IMG/VR virus record: IMGVR_UViG_3300033067_001674
Coordinates: 1 to 24,037 of that record
Source: a virus
Taxonomy: Duplodnaviria; Caudoviricetes
Direction: 5' to 3' (one strand)
DNA length: 24,037 nucleotides
Shown: positions 16,551 through 24,037 of the stretch, piece by piece
How positions within the stretch are numbered: the first letter of the stretch is position 1
Layout: the number at the start of each line of letters is the position of its first letter
Translations under genes and position numbers: made by a program
Notes under the pieces: model-generated
Databases searched by the model: none
Seen by the model: only the letters and a program-made list of their open reading frames with translations
Told to the model about the DNA's origin: nothing

Positions 16551-17409
16551 CCTCAAGCAGATCGTCGAGCGCGACGTCGTTGACGGGGCTGTGCTCTATA
16601 CCACGTGGCGCAAGGCCCCCGTGGTGACGACGGGGCAGGGCTTCTGGCTCGACCTGTCGATGTCGCCGGGCAACCCTAAGCCAAACTACTATGCCGCCAC
16701 GCCACTGCAGTCGACCGCGCTAGCACAGTCGAGTGACGGCGGCCTGTTCCACGGCGGCGCGGTCTCCCCCGCGACGATGCACCTCCGCCGCATCACGGCA
16801 ATGACGCAGACGGCGGGAGCCGTGCCGCTGCCGATGATCCTCTGCGACTACCTACTCTACTACCCGGTACTCGACGAGGGCGTGGTTGACGAAGCACAGA
16901 CCCTAGCCAACTTTGTCACGCTCCCCCGCTACACCGACGGCGACAACGTGCAGATCATGGCGGTCGTCACCGCGCCGCACGTCACCGGCACCGGGACGAA
17001 GTTCGCGGTGAGCTACACGAACAGCCGAGGGGTTTCCGGGCGGACGTCGAAGACCGTGCAACTCGGGACGCAGACGGTCAACGGAACGATCGCGACGTCG
17101 GGGCAGGCCACCGCACAGTGCTTCGGACCGTTCGTGCCGTTGCAGGACGGCGACAGCGGCGTCCGCTCGATCGAGTCCGTCACCTTCACTGGGGTTCCGG
17201 ACGTCGGCCTGCTCACGCTCGTCCTTGTGCGCCCCCTTGCCGATGTGTCCTTGCGCGGCGTCGATGCGGCGGTCGAGGTGGACTTCCTGACCGACAAGCC
17301 GTCCCTGCCTCGCATCTACGACGACGCCTACCTCAATTGGCTCGTGCTCGCCGCGGGCAACGTCACGGGCGCGCAGATCAACGGGGAAGCCTGGTTCTCC
17401 TGGAGTTGA
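16534..17409 (+). CDS. Hypothetical beta-rich putative virion protein, paralogue A
   Basis: 291 aa; shares LPRYTDG, YTNSxGxxxRT, GDxGVxS and PSLPRxYDxAxLxWL with the next gene. Confidence 0.8.
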   Translation: MAGFASLKQIVERDVVDGAVLYTTWRKAPVVTTGQGFWLDLSMSPGNPKPNYYAATPLQSTALAQSSDGGLFHGGAVSPATMHLRRITAMTQTAGAVPLPMILCDYLLYYPVLDEGVVDEAQTLANFVTLPRYTDGDNVQIMAVVTAPHVTGTGTKFAVSYTNSRGVSGRTSKTVQLGTQTVNGTIATSGQATAQCFGPFVPLQDGDSGVRSIESVTFTGVPDVGLLTLVLVRPLADVSLRGVDAAVEVDFLTDKPSLPRIYDDAYLNWLVLAAGNVTGAQINGEAWFSWS

Positions 17410-17412
17410 CCT

Positions 17413-18543
17413 ATGGGCTACACCTCGATCGACGACTTCGTGCAACAGGTCACCGTCAACGGCAAGTTCCGCCGCGTTGACTGGAACAAGCTCACGCACT
17501 CGGTCGGCGTTCACGTCGCCGGCGAGTGGCACTGCCTGTTCCATAGCACCGGCAACCCGACCACCGGCATCCTGAACGGCGGCACGAACCTCTCGTTTCA
17601 GTCGCTCGACGAACTCTCGACCGGCGCCATCTACCACGGTGGCGAGGTCTCGACGGCGACGAAGCACATCCTGAACGCCTCGGCGTTCAGCGCGGCGGCG
17701 ACGACCATGCCGGCTATCGCGATGCTGGTCGACCTGCTCGGCTACTATCCGATGTCGACGACGACCGTCACCGGCAACCAGGCGACGTTCCACGCGGTCA
17801 CGTTCACGGCTGACAGCACGACGGAGATCATCACGCACACCGGGTACGACATCGCGGACCGGACCCGCGTGCGTGTGACCAACTCGGGCGGCGCGCTCCC
17901 CGGCGGCCTCTCGGCGGGTACCGACTACTGGACGATCCGACAGAGCGCCACCACAAGCAAGCTCGCCTCGAGCCGCGCCAACGCCATCGCCGGAACCGCC
18001 ATCGACCTCACAACCAACGGCACCGGCACGCAGACGATCACGACGTACCTGCCGCGCTACACGGACGGGGCTGGTGTCGGAGCCATCGTCACCTGCAACA
18101 CGGCGTGCGGCGCGGCGACCCCGAACCTCTCAATCACCTACACCAACAGCGCGGGTACTGGGTCCAGGACGACGCCCGCGACGCTGCCCGCCGGCAAGAC
18201 CTCGCCGATCATCGGGCACATCCCATACAGCGGCACCGGCGCGGGCAAGTACGGCCCGGCGATGCCTCTGGCCGGAGGCGACGCCGGTGTGCAGTCGGTG
18301 CAGCAGCTCAACCTCTCGGCGTCCTACGTCTCGGGAACGCTCGCGTGGATGCTGGCGCGCCCGCTGCTCACCCTCCCGATGACCACGGTTGGTGTGGCCG
18401 CCGAGCGCGACCTTCTGAACCAACTCCCGTCGCTCCCTCGCGTCTACGACGGTGCGTGCCTCGCGTGGCTGCTCTACGCGGGCGCCGCGACGCCGGTCTC
18501 GAGCGCGTTCTACGGACACCTCGACTTCGGGTGGGGCGGGTGA
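17413..18543 (+). CDS. Hypothetical beta-rich putative virion protein, paralogue B with ~85-aa insertion
   Basis: 376 aa; same motifs as 16534-17409 plus an inserted domain (FTADSTTEIITHTG...GGALPGGLSAGTDYW...IDLTTNGTGTQT). Confidence 0.8.
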   Translation: MGYTSIDDFVQQVTVNGKFRRVDWNKLTHSVGVHVAGEWHCLFHSTGNPTTGILNGGTNLSFQSLDELSTGAIYHGGEVSTATKHILNASAFSAAATTMPAIAMLVDLLGYYPMSTTTVTGNQATFHAVTFTADSTTEIITHTGYDIADRTRVRVTNSGGALPGGLSAGTDYWTIRQSATTSKLASSRANAIAGTAIDLTTNGTGTQTITTYLPRYTDGAGVGAIVTCNTACGAATPNLSITYTNSAGTGSRTTPATLPAGKTSPIIGHIPYSGTGAGKYGPAMPLAGGDAGVQSVQQLNLSASYVSGTLAWMLARPLLTLPMTTVGVAAERDLLNQLPSLPRVYDGACLAWLLYAGAATPVSSAFYGHLDFGWGG

Positions 18544-19394
18544 TGCTAATCGGCTCCTACAGCGTGCTCCTCAAGACGCCCGGGCGGTTCTTCGGCGGCA
18601 ACCCCGCCACGATGCCCGCAGCGTTCGGCACGTCGGGGGCCAACCGCAACCGCTACAGCGGTGAGGCCGGCATCGACCCCCGCGCCGCGATGCCGCTTGG
18701 GTACGCGCCGGGTTACGGGTGGGTCCCGCCGATCAAGGCCGGCGGAATCGCCGCGTTCGAGACCATCACTGGCTCGGGCCAGGTCGCCGGCGCAAACCTC
18801 GCCGGCGGGCTCGGCGCTGCATCCGCCCTCGCTGGGTCGGGGGCCATCACCGACGCGGCGGCGGGGCTCATCGTGCAGGCGGTGGCCGCGCTCTCCGGCA
18901 TCGGCGGGCTCAGCGGCGCCGTCGCCGGCGCCCTCTTCGCCGCCGCAACGCTCGCCGGCGCGGGCAACGTGACGGCCGCCCTGGGTGCCCTCGCGTCGGC
19001 GGTGGCGTCGATCACCGGGGCCGGCGCGGTCACCGGGTCCGTGTCGGCGCTCGGGTCGATGTCGGCCGAGATCACGCCGTTCACCGAACTCTCGCCGCAG
19101 GGACTCGCGGCCGCTGTCTGGAACGCGGTCGCGGCGTCGTTCAACGGCGCGGGGAGCATGGGCGAGAAGGTCAATGCCGCTGGCACCGCGGGCGATCCGT
19201 GGACGGCAGCGATGGGGACCTACGCTGCGGGGAGCGCTGGTGCCGCGCTCGTCGAGCTTTACCGCCTCGCCGGCCTCGACCCGACGAAGCCGCTTGTGGT
19301 CACCACGACGAGCCGCAAGGTCCCCGCCGACGGGACCGACATCGAGCAGACGATCGTCGACGTGAGCGGGACGGTCACGGTGCAGCGGGTGTAG
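18543..19394 (+). CDS. Gly/Ala-rich repeat protein, putative fibre/shaft (283 aa)
   Basis: ATG overlaps the previous stop (TGATG); five ~20-aa repeats starting [IL]xGxGx[VIL]. Confidence 0.75.
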   Translation: MLIGSYSVLLKTPGRFFGGNPATMPAAFGTSGANRNRYSGEAGIDPRAAMPLGYAPGYGWVPPIKAGGIAAFETITGSGQVAGANLAGGLGAASALAGSGAITDAAAGLIVQAVAALSGIGGLSGAVAGALFAAATLAGAGNVTAALGALASAVASITGAGAVTGSVSALGSMSAEITPFTELSPQGLAAAVWNAVAASFNGAGSMGEKVNAAGTAGDPWTAAMGTYAAGSAGAALVELYRLAGLDPTKPLVVTTTSRKVPADGTDIEQTIVDVSGTVTVQRV

Positions 19395-19397
19395 CCC

Positions 19398-20057
19398 ATG
19401 ATCGCCCTATCGATCGCGACTCTCGGCATGGTCTCCCCCATGAACCCGCTATCGGTGGCGACCGAGGGGCTTCTCGGAACGGCGAGCACGTCCTCGTCGC
19501 TGGTCCGTCCTCGAGCGGTCCGCGTGGGCGCCACCCCCCTCCGCGCCATCGCCATCCTCGGCGCCGCGCTCGCGATCGCCAACATCACCGACGCGCGGAC
19601 GGCGCGTCAGATTGGGGCGCCCGTGCTCACGTTGGCCGACCAGCGCGCGGAGACTTCAGCGACCCACATCCTCGAGCCTCGGCGCGTGGCGGTGTCCCTC
19701 GTGATCGCGCAGACGTTGGCTCGACTGATCGACCGAGAGGACGACTCCATGCGCAAGGGCTTCTCCGAGCAGATCGACGTCCAGTGCCTCGCGGCCGGCG
19801 TCGCCGTCGACCTCACCACGTGGACGGCCGTCAAGGTGCAGACCTCCGTCGACGGCGCGACGTGGGTCGATCGGACGACGACGATCGTCACCGCCTCCGC
19901 CGGCAAGGTGCGCGCGGTGCTCACCACGGCCGACACGTCCGAGCTCGAGGCGAACACGACCTTGCACGTGCGTGTTTCTGGTGTCGACGGGTCGGGACTC
20001 ACCCGGTGTTTCCCGGACGACGCCGACCTCGACCTCAAGCTGCGCGTCACGGTCTGA
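19398..20057 (+). CDS. Hypothetical protein with C-terminal BppU-like beta-sandwich domain
   Basis: C-terminal AVDLTTWTAVKVQ...TASAGKVRAVLTTADT...RCFPDD resembles BppU N-terminal-like domains of tail-region proteins. Confidence 0.6.
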   Translation: MIALSIATLGMVSPMNPLSVATEGLLGTASTSSSLVRPRAVRVGATPLRAIAILGAALAIANITDARTARQIGAPVLTLADQRAETSATHILEPRRVAVSLVIAQTLARLIDREDDSMRKGFSEQIDVQCLAAGVAVDLTTWTAVKVQTSVDGATWVDRTTTIVTASAGKVRAVLTTADTSELEANTTLHVRVSGVDGSGLTRCFPDDADLDLKLRVTV

Positions 20058-20060
20058 CCC

Positions 20061-20474
20061 ATGACCACGGACTACGGCACCACGATCGGCTCGGTCTCGA
20101 GCGGCGCGGGTCTCGACATGGACCCCTACTGGCGGCGCGTCTCCGGCGGCAAGGCCGTCGCTGTGGCGGTCGCTCGGCGCCTGCTCGTGGGCAAGGGCTC
20201 GCTGTGGTGGGCGCCTGATGTCGGGTTCGGGCAGAGCGGGATTCTCGGCCTCATCGACGAGGGCATCACCGCCGAGCGGATCCCCATGCACGAGCGGCTG
20301 CTGCGCGCCGAGTGCGAGGCTGACGAGCGCGTCCTCGGCGCCGACGTCACCCTGACTTTCGCAGCGACCACAAGCCGGCTCACCTGCGACACCACGTTGG
20401 AACTCGGCTCCGGGCCGTTCCGCTTCGTCCTCGTGGCGTCCTCGGTCTCCGTCTCCCTCCTCCTCTCCCCCTGA
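20061..20474 (+). CDS. Baseplate wedge subunit (T4 gp25 / P2 gpW / Mu gp46-like)
   Basis: SGGKAVAVAVARRLLVGKGSLWWAPDVGFG...EADERV; directly upstream of the J-like gene. Confidence 0.8.
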   Translation: MTTDYGTTIGSVSSGAGLDMDPYWRRVSGGKAVAVAVARRLLVGKGSLWWAPDVGFGQSGILGLIDEGITAERIPMHERLLRAECEADERVLGADVTLTFAATTSRLTCDTTLELGSGPFRFVLVASSVSVSLLLSP

Positions 20475-20483
20475 GCGTGCCCC

Positions 20484-21674
20484 ATGGCGGATCCGACGTA
20501 CGCCGAGCTCACCACCCCGATGACGCGCGAGGAGGTCCTCGCGCAGCAATTGGCGGTGCTCTCCGGGCCGGACTTCAGTCTTCCGACGTCCTCGTGGGGA
20601 CCGACCGACGAGCCAATGGCGACGCTCGCCGCGGACGCCGACGTGCTCGCCGACCTCTCCGCGAAGAACGCGGGCGTGGCCAAGGCTGGCGTCACCGACG
20701 ACGCGGCGAGCGACGTCTTGACCGTTCATGCGGCGGACGTCTTCGACGAGCACCGCCTCACAGGTGTCCCCACCATCGGCACCGTCACCCTCACGGAGTC
20801 CGCCGGCTCTCCGCAGTCGTGGCTTGCGGGAGCGCTGCTCTTCTCGAGCGCGGTCGCGCCCGACGTGATCTTGGTGAACGTGGGCGCCGTGTCGCTCTCG
20901 GCGCTCGGCACAGCATCGTTCTCCATCCAGGCAGCGGCCCCGGGCGTTTCCGGCAACGTCCAGGCGGCCGACCTCGTGATGGTGTCCCCCGTCCCCGGTG
21001 TCTCGCTCTCGGCGAGCTCGGGGACGTCGTGGATCACGCAGGCTGGCACGGACGACGAGTCGGACGAGAAGCTGCGCCTTCGGTGTAAGACCAAGTGGGC
21101 CACGCTCACGACCACGGGCCCTGACGATGCCTACATCAAGTGGGCGCTCGACGCAGACGCGACGATCAACCGAGCGAGCGTCTTCGAAGACGCGACGGCC
21201 GACGCGACGGCGGGCGACCCCGCGGTCACCGTGTACTGCGCTACGTCGACCGGCGCTCCGTCGGTGGCGACGCTGGCGGTGGTTGACGCGTACATTCAAG
21301 CCCGGCGCCCGATCGGCATCCTGGTCCGTACGAGCGTGGTCAGCACCTCGACGGCCTACGTCAAGGGAACGGTCACCGTGCGCGCGGCGTCCCGCGTGGC
21401 CGCAGAGGCCTACATCAACGCGCAGCTCGACGCGTGGTTCCGCGGCGAGGCGATCAAGGTGAACGGGGAGACCGTCGACGGGCTCGGCATCGGGGCGCGC
21501 ATGCGTGTCGTGCAACTCGTCGAGATCGTCATGTCCGCGCCTGGCGTCGTCTCGTTCACGCCAAAGAAGGTCGATGGCACCACCACCTACGCGATCGACA
21601 CCGACGACCTGATTGCAGGGGCCAACGAGGTCCTCGTGCTGTCGCGGTCGCTCACCTACGCCGAGGTCACGTGA
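20484..21674 (+). CDS. Baseplate J-like protein (P2 gpJ / Mu gp47)
   Basis: IQAAAPGVSGNV, GTDDESDEKLRLR, GPDDAYIKWAL, RRPIG and SAPGVVS motifs; 396 aa. Confidence 0.92.
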   Translation: MADPTYAELTTPMTREEVLAQQLAVLSGPDFSLPTSSWGPTDEPMATLAADADVLADLSAKNAGVAKAGVTDDAASDVLTVHAADVFDEHRLTGVPTIGTVTLTESAGSPQSWLAGALLFSSAVAPDVILVNVGAVSLSALGTASFSIQAAAPGVSGNVQAADLVMVSPVPGVSLSASSGTSWITQAGTDDESDEKLRLRCKTKWATLTTTGPDDAYIKWALDADATINRASVFEDATADATAGDPAVTVYCATSTGAPSVATLAVVDAYIQARRPIGILVRTSVVSTSTAYVKGTVTVRAASRVAAEAYINAQLDAWFRGEAIKVNGETVDGLGIGARMRVVQLVEIVMSAPGVVSFTPKKVDGTTTYAIDTDDLIAGANEVLVLSRSLTYAEVT

Positions 21675-22366
21675 GTGCCAACGTCGTCGTCGAGACGTAC
21701 CGCGAGTACCAGGCGCGCGTTCGCCCAGCCTTCCACGGAGGGCCAACGGGCGAGGCGTGGGCCGCCGGTCTCGGTGTGCTCAAGGACGCCCTCGACACGC
21801 TCTCCCGACAGGCTCGCCGGCAACGGTGGCTCTCGCTCTGCGCCGAGGACGCGCTCGCGAAGCACGGCGCTTTCCGCGGGTGGTCGCGCGTCTCGGGGGA
21901 GAGCGTCGGCCAGTACCGTGCGCGACTCCTCGCGTGGTGGTCTCTCGCGCAGTGGGCCGGCACCGCCAAGGGCATCGTCGACGCCTTCGCGTTGCTCGGG
22001 ATGACCAACGTCGAGGTGCGCGAGGCCGTCTCCGGCATCCTTGCTGGCACGCTGTGGGGCCGCTACCCGGGCCCGAAGCAGCAGCGTCACTTTGCGATCG
22101 TCGTGCGCCAGCCGCACCCCTTCGGGACCACGTTCTCGTTCAAGCTCGGCGACGGCACCAAGCTCGGCGAGAAGACGCTCGGGTTCTCTGGCGACGCGTC
22201 GCTGATCACCGCGATGCGCGAGATCGTTCGCCACATGAAGCCGGCGCACGCGACGTGCCGCGAAATCATCATCGTCCTCACCGGCAACATCACGGACGGC
22301 ACCGGCACGACCAGCGACGGTGACCGGGTCGCTCTTGGCGACTCCGTCGCCTACTTCGTCCCCTGA
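21671..22366 (+). CDS. Baseplate wedge / tail protein I-like (P2 gpI / Mu gp48)
   Basis: GTG overlapping the J stop (GTGA); EDALAKHG, GESVGQYRARL, AGTAKGI and KPAH motifs. Confidence 0.82.
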   Translation: MSANVVVETYREYQARVRPAFHGGPTGEAWAAGLGVLKDALDTLSRQARRQRWLSLCAEDALAKHGAFRGWSRVSGESVGQYRARLLAWWSLAQWAGTAKGIVDAFALLGMTNVEVREAVSGILAGTLWGRYPGPKQQRHFAIVVRQPHPFGTTFSFKLGDGTKLGEKTLGFSGDASLITAMREIVRHMKPAHATCREIIIVLTGNITDGTGTTSDGDRVALGDSVAYFVP

Positions 22367-22379
22367 TCGAGAGGCCTGC

Positions 22380-23234
22380 ATGAGCCACACACTGACCGAG
22401 ACCCCCACGAAGGGTACGGCCGTCGTCGTGCCCGATGACGGAGACGGCGCCACCGGAGCAGCCTTCGCCGGTCCCTACCAAGCGCTCACCAACCGCGTCG
22501 CGTTCTGCGAGGCGGCGGTCGACTCCCTCGGCGGCAACCACCCGATCAAGGTCGTGGCCGCGCCGGCATCGCTGACCGCCATCGCGAGCCCGGCAAACGG
22601 GGACACCCGCATCGTGCCCGGAAACGGCGTCTACCGCTTCGTGTCGGGGTCGACGGCGACGGCGTTCTCCCCCTGGATCATCACCCACGCGTCAGGCCGC
22701 TGGATCCACGTCGACTACGATAACCTCGCCGACTCCGCGACCGGCGACCTGTTCGCCCTGCTCGTCTCCGGCAAACTCCCGCTCGCGCGACACACGAACG
22801 GGATCGTGCGCACGAGCGAGACCGCATACTCTGGCACCTGGGGGAACGTCATCGCGGGCGCGTCGTTCACCACCGCGGCCTGGACCAACTCGAGCGTCGA
22901 CCACCTCGAGAGCAGCCTTGTCGTGGGAGACATCGTCGAGATCCAGGCGACGGTGCACATGAGCGCGTCGAGCATCGTCCCTGCCTATGCGTGGGCGCGG
23001 CTGCGGGTCATCGACGACGCTCCGGGCGCGTTCGGTGGGCCGACGACGACGGACTACACCACGACCGAGGTGCGGGTCGACGGCAGCACCGCGCAGCAAC
23101 GGATCCTGCGCGTGCGCCACGTGGCCACCAAGGCCGGTCAGTTGCAGGCCATCGTCCAACTGCAGGCGAACGGCGCCGACGCCGCGCGCCTTCTCTACCC
23201 GTCGCGCATCAACGCGACCGTGGTGCGGCCATGA
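22380..23234 (+). CDS. Putative tail fibre / baseplate-attached protein (284 aa)
   Basis: Follows the I-like gene; GAGG RBS; N-terminal VPDDGD...PYQALTNRVAF is typical of fibre attachment domains; beta-sandwich C-terminus. Confidence 0.65.
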   Translation: MSHTLTETPTKGTAVVVPDDGDGATGAAFAGPYQALTNRVAFCEAAVDSLGGNHPIKVVAAPASLTAIASPANGDTRIVPGNGVYRFVSGSTATAFSPWIITHASGRWIHVDYDNLADSATGDLFALLVSGKLPLARHTNGIVRTSETAYSGTWGNVIAGASFTTAAWTNSSVDHLESSLVVGDIVEIQATVHMSASSIVPAYAWARLRVIDDAPGAFGGPTTTDYTTTEVRVDGSTAQQRILRVRHVATKAGQLQAIVQLQANGADAARLLYPSRINATVVRP

Positions 23235-23524
23235 GCCAGCTCGAGGAGCTCTTCCGCTTCGGCAAGGCCGTCGACGTCGCGGTAGCCGACTCGTCGGTGA
23301 CGACGCAGGTCAGCGAGGCCGACACCGCCGCCGCCTACATCCGACTCACTGGGTCCACGCCGCTCACGGCCGTTCGTGCGGTGCGCCTCGCCCAGCGCCA
23401 GAACGGCGCGATGTGGTGGGTCCGCAACCTCTACACGTTCGACGTGGACGTGTCGTGCGGCCCCAGCGCCGCCTACCGCGTCCCCGCGGGCGCCATCGTC
23501 CCCATCATCCTCGAGCCCACCTGA
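23231..23524 (+). CDS. Hypothetical small beta-rich protein (97 aa), tail-fibre associated
   Basis: ATGA overlap with the previous gene; YIRLTGSTPLTAVRAV...MWWVRN resembles fibre modules. Confidence 0.65.
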   Translation: MSQLEELFRFGKAVDVAVADSSVTTQVSEADTAAAYIRLTGSTPLTAVRAVRLAQRQNGAMWWVRNLYTFDVDVSCGPSAAYRVPAGAIVPIILEPT

Positions 23525-23536
23525 TCGGAGCCGCAC

Positions 23537-23893
23537 ATGGACACCCCCTGGACCTCTGTCCGCACCGTCACCACGCAGGCCGCCGAGGGCACCAGCGCGC
23601 CGACACCCACCGCCGCCCTGTCGAGCGCGGGCCGCAAGGTCGAGGTGCGTCTGCGCTCTGGAGTCGTCGGCGGGGCTCCTACCAGTGTCACCCTCGGCGT
23701 GTGGCGCGCGTCGCAGGGCAGCGTCGACAAGATGGGCGCGATCACGTTGCAGGCTGCAGCCATCGGCGTTTCGCAGCCGGCATTCCTCGACTTCTACGGG
23801 CAGAACGTGTGGGTCACCGTCGAGAGCTTTGTGGCCGGCACGGCGCCGACGCTCTCCGGCACGATCGAAGCGCGCCCGGTCTACGGAGCTTGA
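23537..23893 (+). CDS. Hypothetical beta-sandwich protein (118 aa)
   Basis: GGAG RBS before ATG; Thr/Val-rich beta pattern. Confidence 0.7.
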   Translation: MDTPWTSVRTVTTQAAEGTSAPTPTAALSSAGRKVEVRLRSGVVGGAPTSVTLGVWRASQGSVDKMGAITLQAAAIGVSQPAFLDFYGQNVWVTVESFVAGTAPTLSGTIEARPVYGA

Positions 23894-23896
23894 GCC

Positions 23897-24037
23897 ATGG
23901 GAACGCGGCTCACCAACCCGGCCGACCCCACGGGCTACGCGGTCGACTTCCTGCGCACCGTCCGCACCGTCACCCCCACCGGCACCAGCGCCGACGCGGC
24001 GAACATCCAGGCGGCGTGCAACGCCATGTCTCAGACC
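23897..24037 (+). CDS. Partial CDS, possible tailspike / parallel beta-helix protein (truncated by window end)
   Basis: GGAG upstream; open to the end: MGTRLTNPADPTGYAVDFLRTVRTVTPTGTSADAANIQAACNAMSQT. DAANIQAA resembles the D-x-x-AIQ-x-A cap motif of pectate-lyase-like tailspikes. Confidence 0.5.
   Translation, partial: MGTRLTNPADPTGYAVDFLRTVRTVTPTGTSADAANIQAACNAMSQT

Larger units (their letters stand above)
152..24037 (+). mobile_element. Head, contractile tail and baseplate morphogenesis operon of a myovirus-type phage/prophage (continues beyond the window)
   Basis: About 33 co-oriented genes, many with overlapping or adjacent stop/start codons, in canonical order terminase-portal-protease-capsid-neck-sheath-tube-chaperone-tape measure-baseplate-fibre. 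Confidence 0.96.

Noticed and set aside
19656-21746. 696-aa minus-strand ORF (and similar 3251-5248, 5327-6562)
   Set aside because: Antisense shadows of well-supported baseplate, protease and capsid genes.
9023-22366. Interpretation as a tailocin, eCIS or T6SS
   Set aside because: Intact terminase, portal, protease and capsid genes are in the same operon, so this encodes a complete DNA-packaging virion. A GTA-like role cannot be excluded but has no direct support.
23558-23974. 15-nt repeat GTCCGCACCGTCACC (23558-23572 and 23960-23974)
   Set aside because: Short, encodes VRTVT with preferred codons, and shows no extended similarity. No adenine-specific variation or reverse transcriptase to suggest a DGR, and no invertase sites.
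1-24037. CRISPR arrays, tRNA/rRNA genes, intrinsic terminators, integrase or lysis genes
   Set aside because: No regularly spaced repeats, tRNA-like sequences, hairpin plus U-tract, or relevant protein motifs were seen by eye.

Overview
The whole window is one high-GC (roughly 70% by eye, not computed), + strand, tightly coupled morphogenesis operon of a contractile-tailed (myovirus-type) dsDNA phage or prophage. Gene order: HTH/putative small terminase, large terminase, DUF935 (Mu gp29-like) portal, S49 protease with a probable nested scaffold gene, major capsid protein, head accessory and neck genes, DUF2586-like tail sheath, tube, tail assembly chaperone with a -1 frameshift, tape measure, fused hub-spike, a ~5 kb block of uncharacterised putative virion genes, baseplate W/J/I-like genes, and the start of the fibre/tailspike region. 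The most unusual points are: (1) a ~108-aa domain inserted in the major capsid protein that is homologous to a domain of the phage's own tail sheath, with a 20-nt identical stretch; (2) a shared CGGAGAC-N4/5-CCCATGGCCA translation-start motif before the capsid gene, the sheath gene and an internal ATG of the protease gene; (3) an accessory module splitting the baseplate genes, with two paralogues, a Cys-rich micro-protein and a Gly/Ala-repeat fibre-like protein. All family assignments come from motif recognition and synteny, not database searches. No integrase, lysis, replication or RNA genes are visible, so free phage, prophage and domesticated element cannot be told apart.
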